From positions 54,729-118,728 of the forward strand of contig CAWGFI010000007.1 of assembly GCA_963821845.1 (NCBI GenBank): 64,000 bases of DNA, in the 5' to 3' direction. Origin of the DNA: an uncultured delta proteobacterium. Its GTDB lineage: Bacteria > Desulfobacterota > Desulfarculia > JACQYL01 > CAWGVV01. This document shows, one piece after another, positions 20,329 through 30,787 of this stretch (positions within the stretch are counted from its first letter, which is position 1; each line of letters starts with the position of its first letter). The position numbers and the translations under genes are program-made. Under the pieces are notes generated by a model that saw only the letters and a list, made by a program, of their open reading frames with translations, was not told the origin of the DNA and ran no database searches.

Positions 20329-21444
20329 CTACTCCGCCTTTCCCAGATACTTGTACAGGGTTTTCCGCCAGGTATCTTCCTGTATGAGCCTGAGCAGCGC
20401 GATATTGATCGGCTCGCGCAAGGGGCTGTTCTCCTGAAGCGCGAAACCGTAATACTGGGTGTCGAACTCCACGGCCAGCGCCTGAATCTTGCCCACCAGT
20501 TTATGAGCGGCGAGATAGCGCAATATGGGGGCGTCATACACCACGGCTTCGACTTCGTCATTCTCCAGGGCCCGTATGGTGTCATCTAGGGTTTCAAAGG
20601 TTTTATAGACGATGAAATGCTCTTGCAGGTAAACCTCGCTGGTGGAGCCGCTCACCGTGGCCACGCGGACGTTGGTAAGGTCCGCGGGTCCGCGAATCAC
20701 GGGGGTGAGATGCGTGACCGTCAGGGTGGTGGTGATGTGCGCGGTAAAACTGGCGACCATGACCACGGACGTAAACATCCAGACCACGGCCACCAGCCGC
20801 CCGGCAAAGGTTATGGGCGCCTTGTCTCCATAGCCCACCGAAGTCATGGTTACCGCCGACCACCAGAATCCGGCCCCGATCCCGTGCGGGACCTTCCCGC
20901 CGAACTGTTCGGCGTTGCGCTTGCGTTCGAACAGCCAGACCAGCCCGCCGACCACGAACAGGTGTATCGCCAGCAGCGACAGAATGGCTAAAAGGGTGGG
21001 GGAAAGGATTCTTCGCATGACATCCTTCCAGCCCGGTTTTTTGACGTGCCGCGCCGCTATGGTCAGGCCGGTCACGAAGTAGGGGTGCGTGAAATCGAGA
21101 TAGGTTTCGCGTTCGGACGTGATGGTGAGCGCCGGCAGGGCGGCGTCGATAAGTCCGTTCTCCACGGCGTCGATAAGTCCGTTCTCCACGGCGTCGATGG
21201 CCGGGGCCAGGTCTATTTCCCGGAACTCGCAATCCATATCGAGTTCCGCCATGATGGCCCGCCAGAGTTCGATGCTGATCCCGTTCCAGCTTCCGTCGTC
21301 GCCTTTCATGCAGAACGGGGGCGCGTCAAAAACGCCGACGATCAGCTTCCGGGGTGTCGCGGTCCGGGTTTTGTCCTTCGCCCAACCGCCCGTAGCGAGG
21401 CCCAGAATCAGAAGAAACAAGACACAATGGAGAACGATCTTCAT
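20329..21444 (-). CDS. GluR0-like ligand-gated K+ channel (periplasmic binding domain + pore)
   Basis: Signal peptide, S1 (DAPPF, TITSERE..LDFTHPY), TM, WWSAVTMTSVGYGDKAP pore, TM, S2 (YGFAL). Confidence 0.85.
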   Translation of the reverse strand: MKIVLHCVLFLLILGLATGGWAKDKTRTATPRKLIVGVFDAPPFCMKGDDGSWNGISIELWRAIMAELDMDCEFREIDLAPAIDAVENGLIDAVENGLIDAALPALTITSERETYLDFTHPYFVTGLTIAARHVKKPGWKDVMRRILSPTLLAILSLLAIHLFVVGGLVWLFERKRNAEQFGGKVPHGIGAGFWWSAVTMTSVGYGDKAPITFAGRLVAVVWMFTSVVMVASFTAHITTTLTVTHLTPVIRGPADLTNVRVATVSGSTSEVYLQEHFIVYKTFETLDDTIRALENDEVEAVVYDAPILRYLAAHKLVGKIQALAVEFDTQYYGFALQENSPLREPINIALLRLIQEDTWRKTLYKYLGKAE

Positions 21445-21656
21445 GTATGGGTTTCCTCGGACAAAGGCTGCGCGTTACAGCCGGCCGGGACGTGGCCGCG
21501 CCATGGGCCGGTTAGGGAAACATCTGCTTTGACGCGTATGCGGACCAGCATAATGAAACGGCGCCCCGGTTGCAAGAGCGTAGTGACTATTTTGCGAATC
21601 ACCGGAGATAAATTATGCGAAGATTAAAAAACATGCATCCCTAACGCGGGATTATG

Positions 21657-22256
21657 AGCGGGTAGCCGAAAACAATACCCGCAAGTGCGCCACGGTCCGA
21701 GTATTGGCAAGCCCAATATGCTTCGTCATTCCGCGGCTTGACCGCGGAATCCAGATTCTTAAAAATATCAAATAATTCTGGACCCCGCGATCAAGTCGCG
21801 GGGCGACGAATATTAAAAATGTGGTGTTATCCGAATGTTTAGTCAAAGGATTGGATGAGTAGAGAGATGGCTTGATAGCGGGTAGCCGAAAACAATACCC
21901 GCAAGTGCGCCACGGTCGCGAGTATTGGCAAGCCCAATATGCTTCGTCATTCCGCGGCTTGACCGCAGAATCCAGATTCTTAAAAATATCAAATAATTCT
22001 GGACCCCGCGATCAAGTCGCGGGGCGACGAATATTAAAAATGTGGTGTTATCCGAATGTTTAGTCAAAGGATTGGATGAGTAGAGAGATGGCTTGATAGC
22101 GGGTAGCCGATACCCGCAAGTGCGCCACGGTCACGAGTATTGGCAAGCCCAATATGCTTCGTCATTCCGCGGCTTGACCGCGGAATCCAGATTCTTAAAA
22201 ATATCAAATAATTCTGGACCCCGCGATCAAGTCGCGGGGCGACGAATATTAAAAAT
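21657..22256. repeat. Tandem ~220-bp repeat (about 2.7 copies), each with a CGTC palindrome doublet
   Basis: agcgggtagccg recurs at 21657, 21877 and 22098; doublets at 21724-21808, 21945-22029 and 22160-22244. Confidence 0.93.
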
Positions 22257-22509
22257 GGCTGCGGACAAGCGGTTCTTATGGTTCACTTATGCCGATCCAC
22301 GTTTTAGTCTATTCTCGGCGGATTCATGAATATGAGAGCGTCCGATTCCGATAGCCCTATCTACGAAAAGATTTTGAACCTTACAGCCGGTGAAATCAGC
22401 GGAAGACCGGCGATAGAGTCGCCGCTTCTTTCTCATCCGTAGCATGGTCTCCGTCAAAAATATTTTAATTTTCCATTTAGTTTTAATGAGTTACGACCGA
22501 TATACTTTC

Positions 22510-22547
22510 AAAGGCGAGAGGCGGGCTCCTTGCCTCGCGCCTTTTTT
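22510..22547 (+). terminator. Putative rho-independent terminator
   Basis: aaaggcgagaggc-loop-gcctcgcgcc followed by a T run. Confidence 0.55.
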
Positions 22548-22674
22548 GAGTTATTCGCGTTCTATTGATCCTGAAATTCTTTTGAGGGGCTGAATAACAA
22601 TCAGTCAAATCAGGAATATCAGCGGAATAAACCGAGGCCGCCCCGAAAACCTGAACGATGCGGATAAAGCGCGT

Positions 22675-24869
22675 ATGATTCCGGAAAAGTCAAAACCGCT
22701 TGGTTCTAACGCCAGGATCAGGGAATTGCTGATCATCGTCGGGATAACCGTGCTCGCGACGATCATTTTCTTCTCTTTCGGTTCCTACCATCTTATTCAT
22801 TCCTTTTTTTCCAATGTTGAAAACTGGAGGGTCGAGGAACTGATTCTTTCCGCGTTCGTTCTTTCCATAGGGTTGGTGTGGTTCTCCTTCCGCCGCTGGA
22901 AGGAGGTGGATCGGGAAAACGCGGTGCGCCGCGCCGCCGAAGCTGCCTTGAAGGAGAGCGAACGGAAATATCGCGACCTGGTCGAGGACATCAGCGAGGT
23001 CATTTACGCCACCGATTCCGAGGGTACACTAACCTACATCAGTCCGGCGGTTAAACAGCTTTTGGACCGGCGGCCCTCCGAAGTGATCGGCCATTCGTTC
23101 AACGAATTCTTTCACGCGGAAGACTTGCCGCAGGTGCGGAAGCGTTTTTTGCAAATAATGAACTACAAAGCCGAGTTTGGCCCTTCCGAATACCGTACAG
23201 TAACGAAAAACGGGAAAATCCGCTGGGTCCAGGCCTCCAGCAAACCCTTTTATGAAGGAGAACGGATCGTCGGCGTCAAGGGCATGCTGAGCGACATCAA
23301 CGAACGCAAGCTGGCCGAAGAAGCGCTGAGGGAATCCGAGGAAAAATATCGGTTGCTCATTGAAAATTCCAACGACGCCATATTCGTCGCCCAGGATGGA
23401 GTCCTTAAATTCTTCAACCCTCGGGCTCTGCAAATGATCGGGCTTTCCGCCGGGATCTGGCTCAGGCCAGATTCCTGGAAATGATTCACCCGGAAGACCG
23501 GGCCATGGTGGCCGACCGGCATCGGCGCAGGCTGATGGGGCTGGAAACGCCGCCCACCTATACCTTCAGATACATCAACGGCGCGGGGGATACCTCCTGG
23601 GCGCAACTGAGCGCCGTGGCCATCACCTGGGAAGGCCGTCCGGCCACTCTCAATTTCCTCATGGACATCACGCAGCAGAAAAAGCTCGAGGCGCAATTTC
23701 ATCAGGCGCAAAGGATCGAGTCCATCGGAACGCTCGCGGGAGGTATCGCCCACGATTTCAACAACATCCTCATGGGCGTTATGGGTAACGCCTCCCTGAT
23801 GCTCATGAACCTGGATGAAGCGAACCCTCACTACGAAAGGCTGAAGGTAATCCGCAGGCTTGCCGAAAGCGGAGCCGAACTGACCAAGCAGCTTCTGCAC
23901 TACGCCCGCAAGGGGCAGTACGAGGTCGCGCCGTTGGACCTCAACCATATGATAGCCGACTCGCTCAACGCCTTTGCGCGGACCAAGAAGGAAATTCGTG
24001 TCCATTGTGAATATGAAGAAGATCTGACGGCGATCGATGCGGAAAAAAGCCAGATCGAACAGGTGCTGCTCAATCTGTTCGTCAACGCCGCCGACGCCAT
24101 GCCCCGAGGCGGGGATCTCTACTTGGAAACCTCCAATGTGACTCACGAACAGATGAAGGGGAAATCGTACGATCCCAAGCCGGGAAATTATGTGCTTCTG
24201 AGCCTCACCGACACCGGCGTGGGAATGAGTAAGGATGTCTTGCGCCGGGTTTTCGACCCCTTCTTTACCACCAAGGAAATGGGGCGGGGAACCGGCCTGG
24301 GTCTTGCCTCGGTGTACGGGATCGTCAAAGGGCACGGGGGGTATATTGACGTAAGCTCCGAGGTCGGGTCGGGAACCACCTTTGACGTGTACTTGCCCGC
24401 GTCAGCCAAAAAGCCGAGCGCTTCGGAACATAACAAGGAGGGCGTTGTGAAGGGAACCGGCACAATCCTGTTAGTCGATGATGAAGAGTTCATTCTGAGC
24501 GTGGCCAAGGACATGCTCGAGCACTTGAACTACACGGTCCATGTGGCCGCTAGTGGCCGGGAGGCCAGAGAGGAATACCGGAAGCGACACCCGGAAATAG
24601 ACCTCGTGATCCTGGACATGATCATGCCCGACATGAGCGGCGGAGAAGTCTACGATAAACTCAAGGAGATCAACCCCTCGGTTCGGGTGCTTCTTTCCAG
24701 CGGCTACACCATCGACGGTCAGGCTCAGGAAATACTGAATCGCGGATGTGACGGATTTATCCAGAAACCCTTCAGCATCATGGACCTGTCCAAGAGGATC
24801 GATGAATTGATTCAGGAGGAACGGCTCTCGTTTCGCAAAACCGGATCTTTGAGCGCTACCCGAAAATAA
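22675..24869 (+). CDS. Membrane-bound PAS-PAS hybrid sensor kinase with receiver (CckA-like), frameshift near 23452
   Basis: One added G gives AGDLAQARFLEMIHPED and joins the two ORFs; GGIAHDFNN H-box, NLFVNAADAM, PFFTTK, GTGLGL, C-terminal receiver. Confidence 0.88.
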
Positions 24870-25014
24870 TCGCGCGGGAACTTAAACCCGCCATGCCCCG
24901 TTCGGCTTCAAGTCATTCCGCAGCCTCAATGAGGGGAGTGACGCAGCCGGGGAGAGTGTTCTTCAACGGGCTGAAAATAATGGAGAATGTACAATCACCG
25001 GCAAGTTCCTGGTT

Positions 25015-25066
25015 CGTCGCCCCGCGACTTGATCGCGGGGTCCAGCAGCCAGGCCGCGGAATGACG
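25015..25066. repeat. CGTC palindrome plus partial partner
   Basis: cgtcgccccgcgacttgatcgcggggtccag...ccgcggaatgacg. Confidence 0.85.
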
Positions 25067-25374
25067 AGCCAAGTGGCCATTTGAAGCAGACGAGTCCGAG
25101 AAATCTCTCGCTGGGGGCGCCAGGCTCGGAATTTACCGCGCAGGATTTTCCCCCATGCCTTTATCGACGCATCTACGGCCGGTGGCGGACTTTTGAACGC
25201 CGTCCTTCAGGAATTTTTCTTCCAGTAAACTGTTTTTCCCCCCCTCGTCGCGGAAAACGCCCGCTCGCGCCCTATTCGCTCCTTCGTTGAAGACCTTTTC
25301 TTGACTTGGATATCCGGCGCCTTAACTTGTTCTTGAGGACCCGAAGCAATTAAATTTAAACTTAGGAGTCATAA

Positions 25375-25986
25375 ATGGACATAAAAATAAGATCCGACAC
25401 GGGAAAAAATCATGGAAAGCGGATGACGCTCCCGAGTGGCTCAAGAAACTTGAAGCTTTTTGCTTCACTTGCTTTCATGTTGGCTCTTATCCTGTCCATT
25501 CCAACCGGATGGGCAATGGAATCGTATTTTTTCGAAGAAGGATACAAGGACGCCAAATGGGGCATGAGCATGGATGAAATTAAAAAAGCGCGCGAAGGCT
25601 CACTGCTCCTGTACAATGACGAGGAAGGGCTTGTCTATCACGATGTCTTTGAAGGGATTCCGACGGTCGTCGTCTATAAATTCAAGGAAGACAAACTGAA
25701 CACGGTTATCGTGAATTATCAGTTGAATCTCATGAACCGCGACAACTACCTCGATCAATATAACCGTATCGAACGGTATCTGGACAACACCTACGGAAAT
25801 AGAACCGTGTGCCGCGAAGCGACGATCAAGGAAGCCTGCATGCGCGATTTCGGTTCGGAGCGGCTTTTCGAAAACGGCCTGTACATGACCACCTGGAAAA
25901 GCGACGGTTCCGACGCCCTGTTAATCATGAACAGCCACACGTTCAGGGTAAGTCTTATCCTGCAATGCGCGTGTGAGTCTTTGTAA
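25375..25986 (+). CDS. Hypothetical exported protein
   Basis: GGAG RBS, hydrophobic N-terminal segment, GYKDAKWGMS motif; true start may be downstream. Confidence 0.65.
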   Translation: MDIKIRSDTGKNHGKRMTLPSGSRNLKLFASLAFMLALILSIPTGWAMESYFFEEGYKDAKWGMSMDEIKKAREGSLLLYNDEEGLVYHDVFEGIPTVVVYKFKEDKLNTVIVNYQLNLMNRDNYLDQYNRIERYLDNTYGNRTVCREATIKEACMRDFGSERLFENGLYMTTWKSDGSDALLIMNSHTFRVSLILQCACESL

Positions 25987-26000
25987 CACCCCTTCTCACC

Positions 26001-26028
26001 GTCAACCATTTTCCATTAAGAGGTTGAC
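26001..26028. promoter_or_regulatory. BirA operator (bioO)
   Basis: Perfect GTCAACC-N14-GGTTGAC inverted repeat about 130 nt upstream of bioA, matching the deltaproteobacterial BirA box pattern. Confidence 0.85.
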
Positions 26029-26158
26029 AACCATTCCCGCCATGAGGCATGAAAAACTTTGATATCGATGGACGCGGGAGAGGCATCCGTGCTTCGCCTC
26101 TTCCACGGCGTCCTTGTTTTCATGTCCGATGCAATCACGACACGACAGGATGTACCGC

Positions 26159-27521
26159 GTGGCAAAATCCGAACTTTCGAACAACAAGCTCGCGCAATGG
26201 GACAGGGATTATGTGTGGCATCCCTTTACCCAGCAGCGGGAATGGACGCAATCCGATCCGCTGTTCATCGATCGCGGAGAAGGCGTTTACCTCGTGGCCC
26301 GGGACGGCGTTCGCTACCTGGACGGCGTCTCCTCGCTGTGGGCCAACATCCATGGCCATGGCGTGGACCGAATCGACCGGGCCATCGCCGATCAACTGAA
26401 AAAAATCGCGCACACCACCATGCTCGGCCTGTCACATGAACCCGCCACGGTTCTGGCCAAACGACTGATCGACGTCGCTCCGGCGGGTCTGAAGCGAGTT
26501 TTCTACTCCGAAAGCGGCTCCACGGCCGTGGAAATCGCGCTCAAAATGGCCTACCAGTACCTGGCGGAACCAGGGGAGCAAGGAAAAAGACACCTTCCTC
26601 AAGCTGAGTAACGCCTATCACGGTGACACCATCGGCGCGGTCAGCGTGGGCGGCATGGATCTGTTCCATGAAATCTACCGGCCCCTGCTGTTCCCGACCT
26701 TCCAGGCGCCGTCGCCCAGTTGCTATCGGTGCGAACTGGAGCTGGAACCACAAACCTGCGCCATGGCCTGCGCCGGGGAGGTTGAAAAGATACTGGACCG
26801 CGACGGCGCCCGCATCTGCGCCATGATCGTGGAACCACTGGTGCAGGGGGCCGCCGGGATCCTGACCGCGCCGGAGGGCTACCTGCGGCGGATTTATGAA
26901 GCTTGCAAGGCCCATGACGTCCTGTTTATCGCCGATGAAGTGGCCGTGGGGTTCGGCCGTACCGGCCGCATGTTCGCCTGCGAACACGAAAGCGTGACCC
27001 CCGACCTGATGTGCCTGGGCAAGGGCATCACCGGCGGCTACCTGCCGCTGTCCGCGACCCTGGCCACCGAGGCCGTCTATGAACGATTCCTGGGCGAACA
27101 CATCGAATATAAAACCTTTTTTCACGGCCACACCTACACCGGCAACCCACTTTCCTGCGCCGCCGCGCTGGCCGGCCTGGACGTGTTCGCCGAAACCCAA
27201 GTCCTGGAAAAACTCCCTTCCCGCATCGGACATTTCGCCGAAAAGCTGTCCAAACTGAAGGATCATCCGAGCGTGGGCGAAATCAGACAGCGCGGCATGA
27301 TGGTGGGGATCGAACTGGTCGCCGACAAGGCGTCCAGGGAACTCTATCCCCCGCAGGACCGGATCGGCCACAGGGTGGCCATGGCCTGCCGCCGCCATGG
27401 CGTCGTCATACGCCCCTTGGGCGACGTGCTGGTACTCATGCCGCCGCTTTCCATGAACGAGAGTGAACTGTCCACGCTGGTCGTCGCCGTTCGGGCGGCC
27501 CTGGGGGAGGTCCTCGGCTGA
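26159..27521 (+). CDS. bioA: Adenosylmethionine-8-amino-7-oxononanoate transaminase, frameshift near 26561
   Basis: [26 protein letters not shown]; removing one C restores YWRNQG...AYHGDT; [16 protein letters not shown]. Confidence 0.92.
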
Positions 27522-28725
27522 TGGCCTCTTCCTGGGATTGCTTTTTCGAAGACTCGCTTACCGCGCTCAAGCGTCAGGGACGTTACCGCTCCCTGCGGGT
27601 GGTGGACGCCGTCGAAGGCCCCTGGGTGCAAGTCAACGGAGCCAGACTGCTCCAGTTCGCCTCCAACGACTACCTGGGGCTCGCCCAGGACCGGCGCCTT
27701 CGAGCCGCCGCCCGGCGGGCCGTGGAGGAATCGGGGCTGGGCGCGGGCGCGTCGAGGCTGGTGACCGGCAACAGCTCGGAACTGAGCAAGCTGGAAGCCG
27801 AGGTGGCGGCCTTCAAACAAACCGAGGCCGCGCTGATTTTTCCCACCGGCTACGCCGCCAACGTGGGCGTCATCTCCGCGCTGGTGTCCAAGGATGACCG
27901 CATCATCAGCGACCGGCTCAACCACGCCTCCATTGTGGACGGGTGCAGGCTGAGCGGCGCGCGTATCGATATTTATCCTCACCGCGACGTGGCCGCGTTG
28001 CGGCGATTGCTGGCGGGAGCGCGAGTAGGCGGGCGAACGCTGGTCATAACCGACGGCGTGTTCAGCATGGACGGCGACGTGGCGCCAATCCCGGAAATTC
28101 TGTCCCTGTGCCGCGACTACGGCGCGCTGCTCATGGTGGATGACGCCCACGGCACGGGCGTATTGGGGAAAAACGGACGCGGCAGCCTGGAAAGCCTGGG
28201 CGTCCATGACGATTCCCTGGTCCAGATCGGCACCTTCAGCAAGGCGTTGGGCAGCTTGGGCGGATTCGTGGCCGCCAAAGGAGTGGTTGTCGATTACCTG
28301 ATCAACCGGGCCCGCACACAGATCTATTCCACCGGCCTGCCCGCTCCGGTGGCCGCGGCATCCGCCAGGGGCTGGCCATCGTGTCCAATGAACCGGAATT
28401 GCGCGTCAAGCTGGCCGCGCTGGTCAAGCGGCTGCGTGACGGAATCAACTCTCTGGGCTTCTACGTTCCCGACGATCCCACGCCCATCATCCCGCTGGTT
28501 ATCGGCGCCGATGAAAAAACCGTGCGGTTTTCCGACGAACTGCTGCGGGCCGGAATTCTGGCGGCCGCCATCCGCCCCCCATCCGTTCCTCCCGGCGAGA
28601 GCCGAATCCGCTTGAGCCTTTCGGCGGCTCACGGCTCGGATCACGTGGATATGCTGCTCGACGCGCTGGACGGTATTGCTCGCAAAAACCGGAGCCAATC
28701 ATGGCCTCTGACGGCGTCTTCATAA
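27521..28725 (+). CDS. bioF: 8-amino-7-oxononanoate synthase, frameshift near 28372
   Basis: FASNDYLGLA, GAGASRL, NHASIVDG, FSMDGD, DDAHG, GTFSKALG; one added G restores ARGLAIVSNEPE. Confidence 0.92.
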
Positions 28726-29387
28726 CCGGGACCGACACCGGCGTGGGAAAAACCTTTGTTTCCGCGCTGCTGTTAAAGGCGCTCCTGGGCCGGGGCGTGG
28801 ACGCCGCCTACGTGAAAACCGCCGCCACCGGCGTGGTTGACGGCCACTGCGAAGACGTGTCCTTCGTGGTCAAATACGGCGGGGCTTCCGGCGATCTGAA
28901 CGACCTGTGCCCGGTATTGCTGAAAATTCCGGCTTCGCCCTACGCCAGCGCCCTGGCCGAAAACACCTCGGTCGACTTGAACGCCATTATGAACGCGGTC
29001 GCCCGCGCCCGTTCCGCCCATGAGTTCGTGGTGGTGGAAGGGGTAGGGGGCCTGCTGGTCCCGCTCACCCGCGACCGCATGGTTTCGGACCTCATCGCGG
29101 AACTGGGGCTCCCGGTTCTGGTGGTGGCCCGGCCGGGGCTGGGCACGGTCAATCACACCCTGCTGACCCTCGATAAACTCAAAACCTCGGGCATTCCGGC
29201 CATGGGTTTCGTAACCAGCGGCGCCTTCGACGCCACGGACCCCACCATCGTCTCCAATCCCGCGCTCATAGAGCAGTTCTCCGGCGTGCCCTTCCTGGGA
29301 AACGTCCCCCCCTGCGATAATCTCGATCACGATTTTTCCGCTTGGACCACGTACCTGGAAAAGACGGTTGAGCGATTGGGATTTTGA
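28701..29387 (+). CDS. bioD: Dethiobiotin synthetase
   Basis: FITGTDTGVGKT P-loop, EGVGG, LGTVNHTLL. Confidence 0.93.
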   Translation: MASDGVFITGTDTGVGKTFVSALLLKALLGRGVDAAYVKTAATGVVDGHCEDVSFVVKYGGASGDLNDLCPVLLKIPASPYASALAENTSVDLNAIMNAVARARSAHEFVVVEGVGGLLVPLTRDRMVSDLIAELGLPVLVVARPGLGTVNHTLLTLDKLKTSGIPAMGFVTSGAFDATDPTIVSNPALIEQFSGVPFLGNVPPCDNLDHDFSAWTTYLEKTVERLGF

Positions 29388-29393
29388 ACGCCT

Positions 29394-29452
29394 TTTTAAA
29401 GAGCTGGAACGCTTTTGGAAAAGGGTTCCAGGACTCCCAAAACTTTTTAAAC
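29394..29452. repeat. Dispersed AT-rich hairpin repeat; relatives at 30629-30692 and 38908-38960
   Basis: aaag(c)tttttg..gggg...gg(a/t)aac-ttt-cc..aaaaggtt.cc pattern; this copy is reversed and more divergent. Confidence 0.6.
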
Positions 29453-29453
29453 T

Positions 29454-29670
29454 CTGGACCTCGCGATCAAGTCGAGGGGCGCCGGGAATGAATGTATAAC
29501 GACTACGCCCTCCATCTGGCGGCTGTTCCACGATTCGTTTTCGTCAACCGTCGTTTCTCCTACGCGTTAACGCCCCCAATCGTCATTGCCCGGCTTGACC
29601 GGGGCATCCATGATAGGATTTAAGGAGCGTACGTTCGTCTGGATTGCCCGGTCAAGCCGGGCAATGACGA
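29454..29670. repeat. CGTC palindromes: single at 29454-29484, doublet at 29581-29670
   Basis: cgtcattgcccggcttgaccggggcatcc...ctggattgcccggtcaagccgggcaatgacg. Confidence 0.88.
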
Positions 29671-29764
29671 AATACGGTAACTTCGGGCAGGTTGCCCGTT
29701 ATGCGCAAATATCCTATACTGCGTTTGAGACGGCTGTAATCTCAAGCGGAAAGGGAGACGGGAC

Positions 29765-30418
29765 ATGTCCGAACGCGGGCGAGTGGCCATTCTGGCGGTG
29801 GATATTCAGAAGGATTTTACCGAAGCGCACGATGGCTCGCTGGCCGTGCCGGGGGCCGACGCCGAATACCTCAAGGCGGTCAATAATGCCGTCGATCAGT
29901 TAAAACATGCGGTATTTCTGGTTATTGCCACGCAGGACTGGCATCCCGAAGGGCATGTCTCGTTTCATTCCAGCCATCCGGGTAGCGAGCTGTTTCAACC
30001 GCATTCCCTACCCAATGGCCGCGCGCAGATGATGTGGCCTGAACATTGTTTGCAGGAAAGCGGCGGCGCCGAACTGACTTTGAACCCCGATGCGGTCAAC
30101 CACACTGTTAAAAAGGGCGCGGACCCCGGTTACGACAGCTATTCCGGTTTCAAGGATGAAGGGGACCGGGAAACCGGTTTGGACAGTCTTCTGCGAAAGG
30201 AAGGAATCAAAACCGTGGTCGTGTTCGGGCTGGCCACCGACTACTGCGTTTTGTACACGGTGAAACACGCGCGGGAGCAGGGATACAACGTGGCGCTGAT
30301 CAAGGAACTCTGCCGGGGAGTGGCGCCGGACACCACGGATGCGGCGCTGAAAGAAATGCGGGACTTGGGCGTTACCATATGGGACACGTTCGACCTTGAG
30401 AAAATTAAGGATCTTTGA
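29765..30418 (+). CDS. pncA: Nicotinamidase/pyrazinamidase
   Basis: VDIQKDF, QDWHP, WPEHC, KG...DSYSGF, GLATDYCV. Confidence 0.92.
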   Translation: MSERGRVAILAVDIQKDFTEAHDGSLAVPGADAEYLKAVNNAVDQLKHAVFLVIATQDWHPEGHVSFHSSHPGSELFQPHSLPNGRAQMMWPEHCLQESGGAELTLNPDAVNHTVKKGADPGYDSYSGFKDEGDRETGLDSLLRKEGIKTVVVFGLATDYCVLYTVKHAREQGYNVALIKELCRGVAPDTTDAALKEMRDLGVTIWDTFDLEKIKDL

Positions 30419-30455
30419 TCCTGATTCCCCGTAGATCCCCACGATTTTATTGATT

Positions 30456-30562
30456 CGTCGCCCCGCGACCTGTCCACGACGTGTCGGGACTTGATCGCGG
30501 GGTCCATAACCTATTAAATATATTGAAGAACCTGGATTGCCCGGTCAAGCCGGGGAATGACG
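30456..30562. repeat. CGTC palindrome doublet; left arm carries a 21-nt insert
   Basis: cgtcgccccgcgac[ctgtccacgacgtgtcgggac]ttgatcgcggggtcc...ctggattgcccggtcaagccggggaatgacg. Confidence 0.85.
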
Positions 30563-30787
30563 AATTGAGGCGCAGGCGTTTTCTTGTTTGGTCTGGTCAG
30601 GGTTTCACCTTTATCCGTGATAAAAGTCTAAAGCTTTTTGAAAGGGGTTTGGGGGAAACTTTTTCCCGAAAAAGGTTCCCCCATTTTTTAAAAAATCCCC
30701 GCCTCTTTTGTTACTATCCGGTTTGCGTTCGACGCAATAATCGGATAAGGAAAATGCTATTCCTAACAAGTGAAGGTATTCGTATCC

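Noticed and set aside
21657-22256. CRISPR or integron cassette array
   Set aside because: The inter-repeat sequences are near-identical copies, no attC core ends or integrase were recognised, and there are no cassette ORFs.
21652-22329. Small ORFs here and at 4269-4520, 54480-55298, 55590-55823, 58327-58821
   Set aside because: They are translations of palindromic repeats (recurring PRLDRG / PRSSRG strings), not credible genes.
22405-22430. Fluoride riboswitch (GGCGATAGAGTCGCC)
   Set aside because: Only a partial resemblance; spacing and downstream pseudoknot elements do not match, and no fluoride exporter follows.
26049-26158. Leader peptide or small gene between the BirA box and bioA
   Set aside because: No frame gives a recognisable product; the listed ORFs simply run into bioA out of frame.
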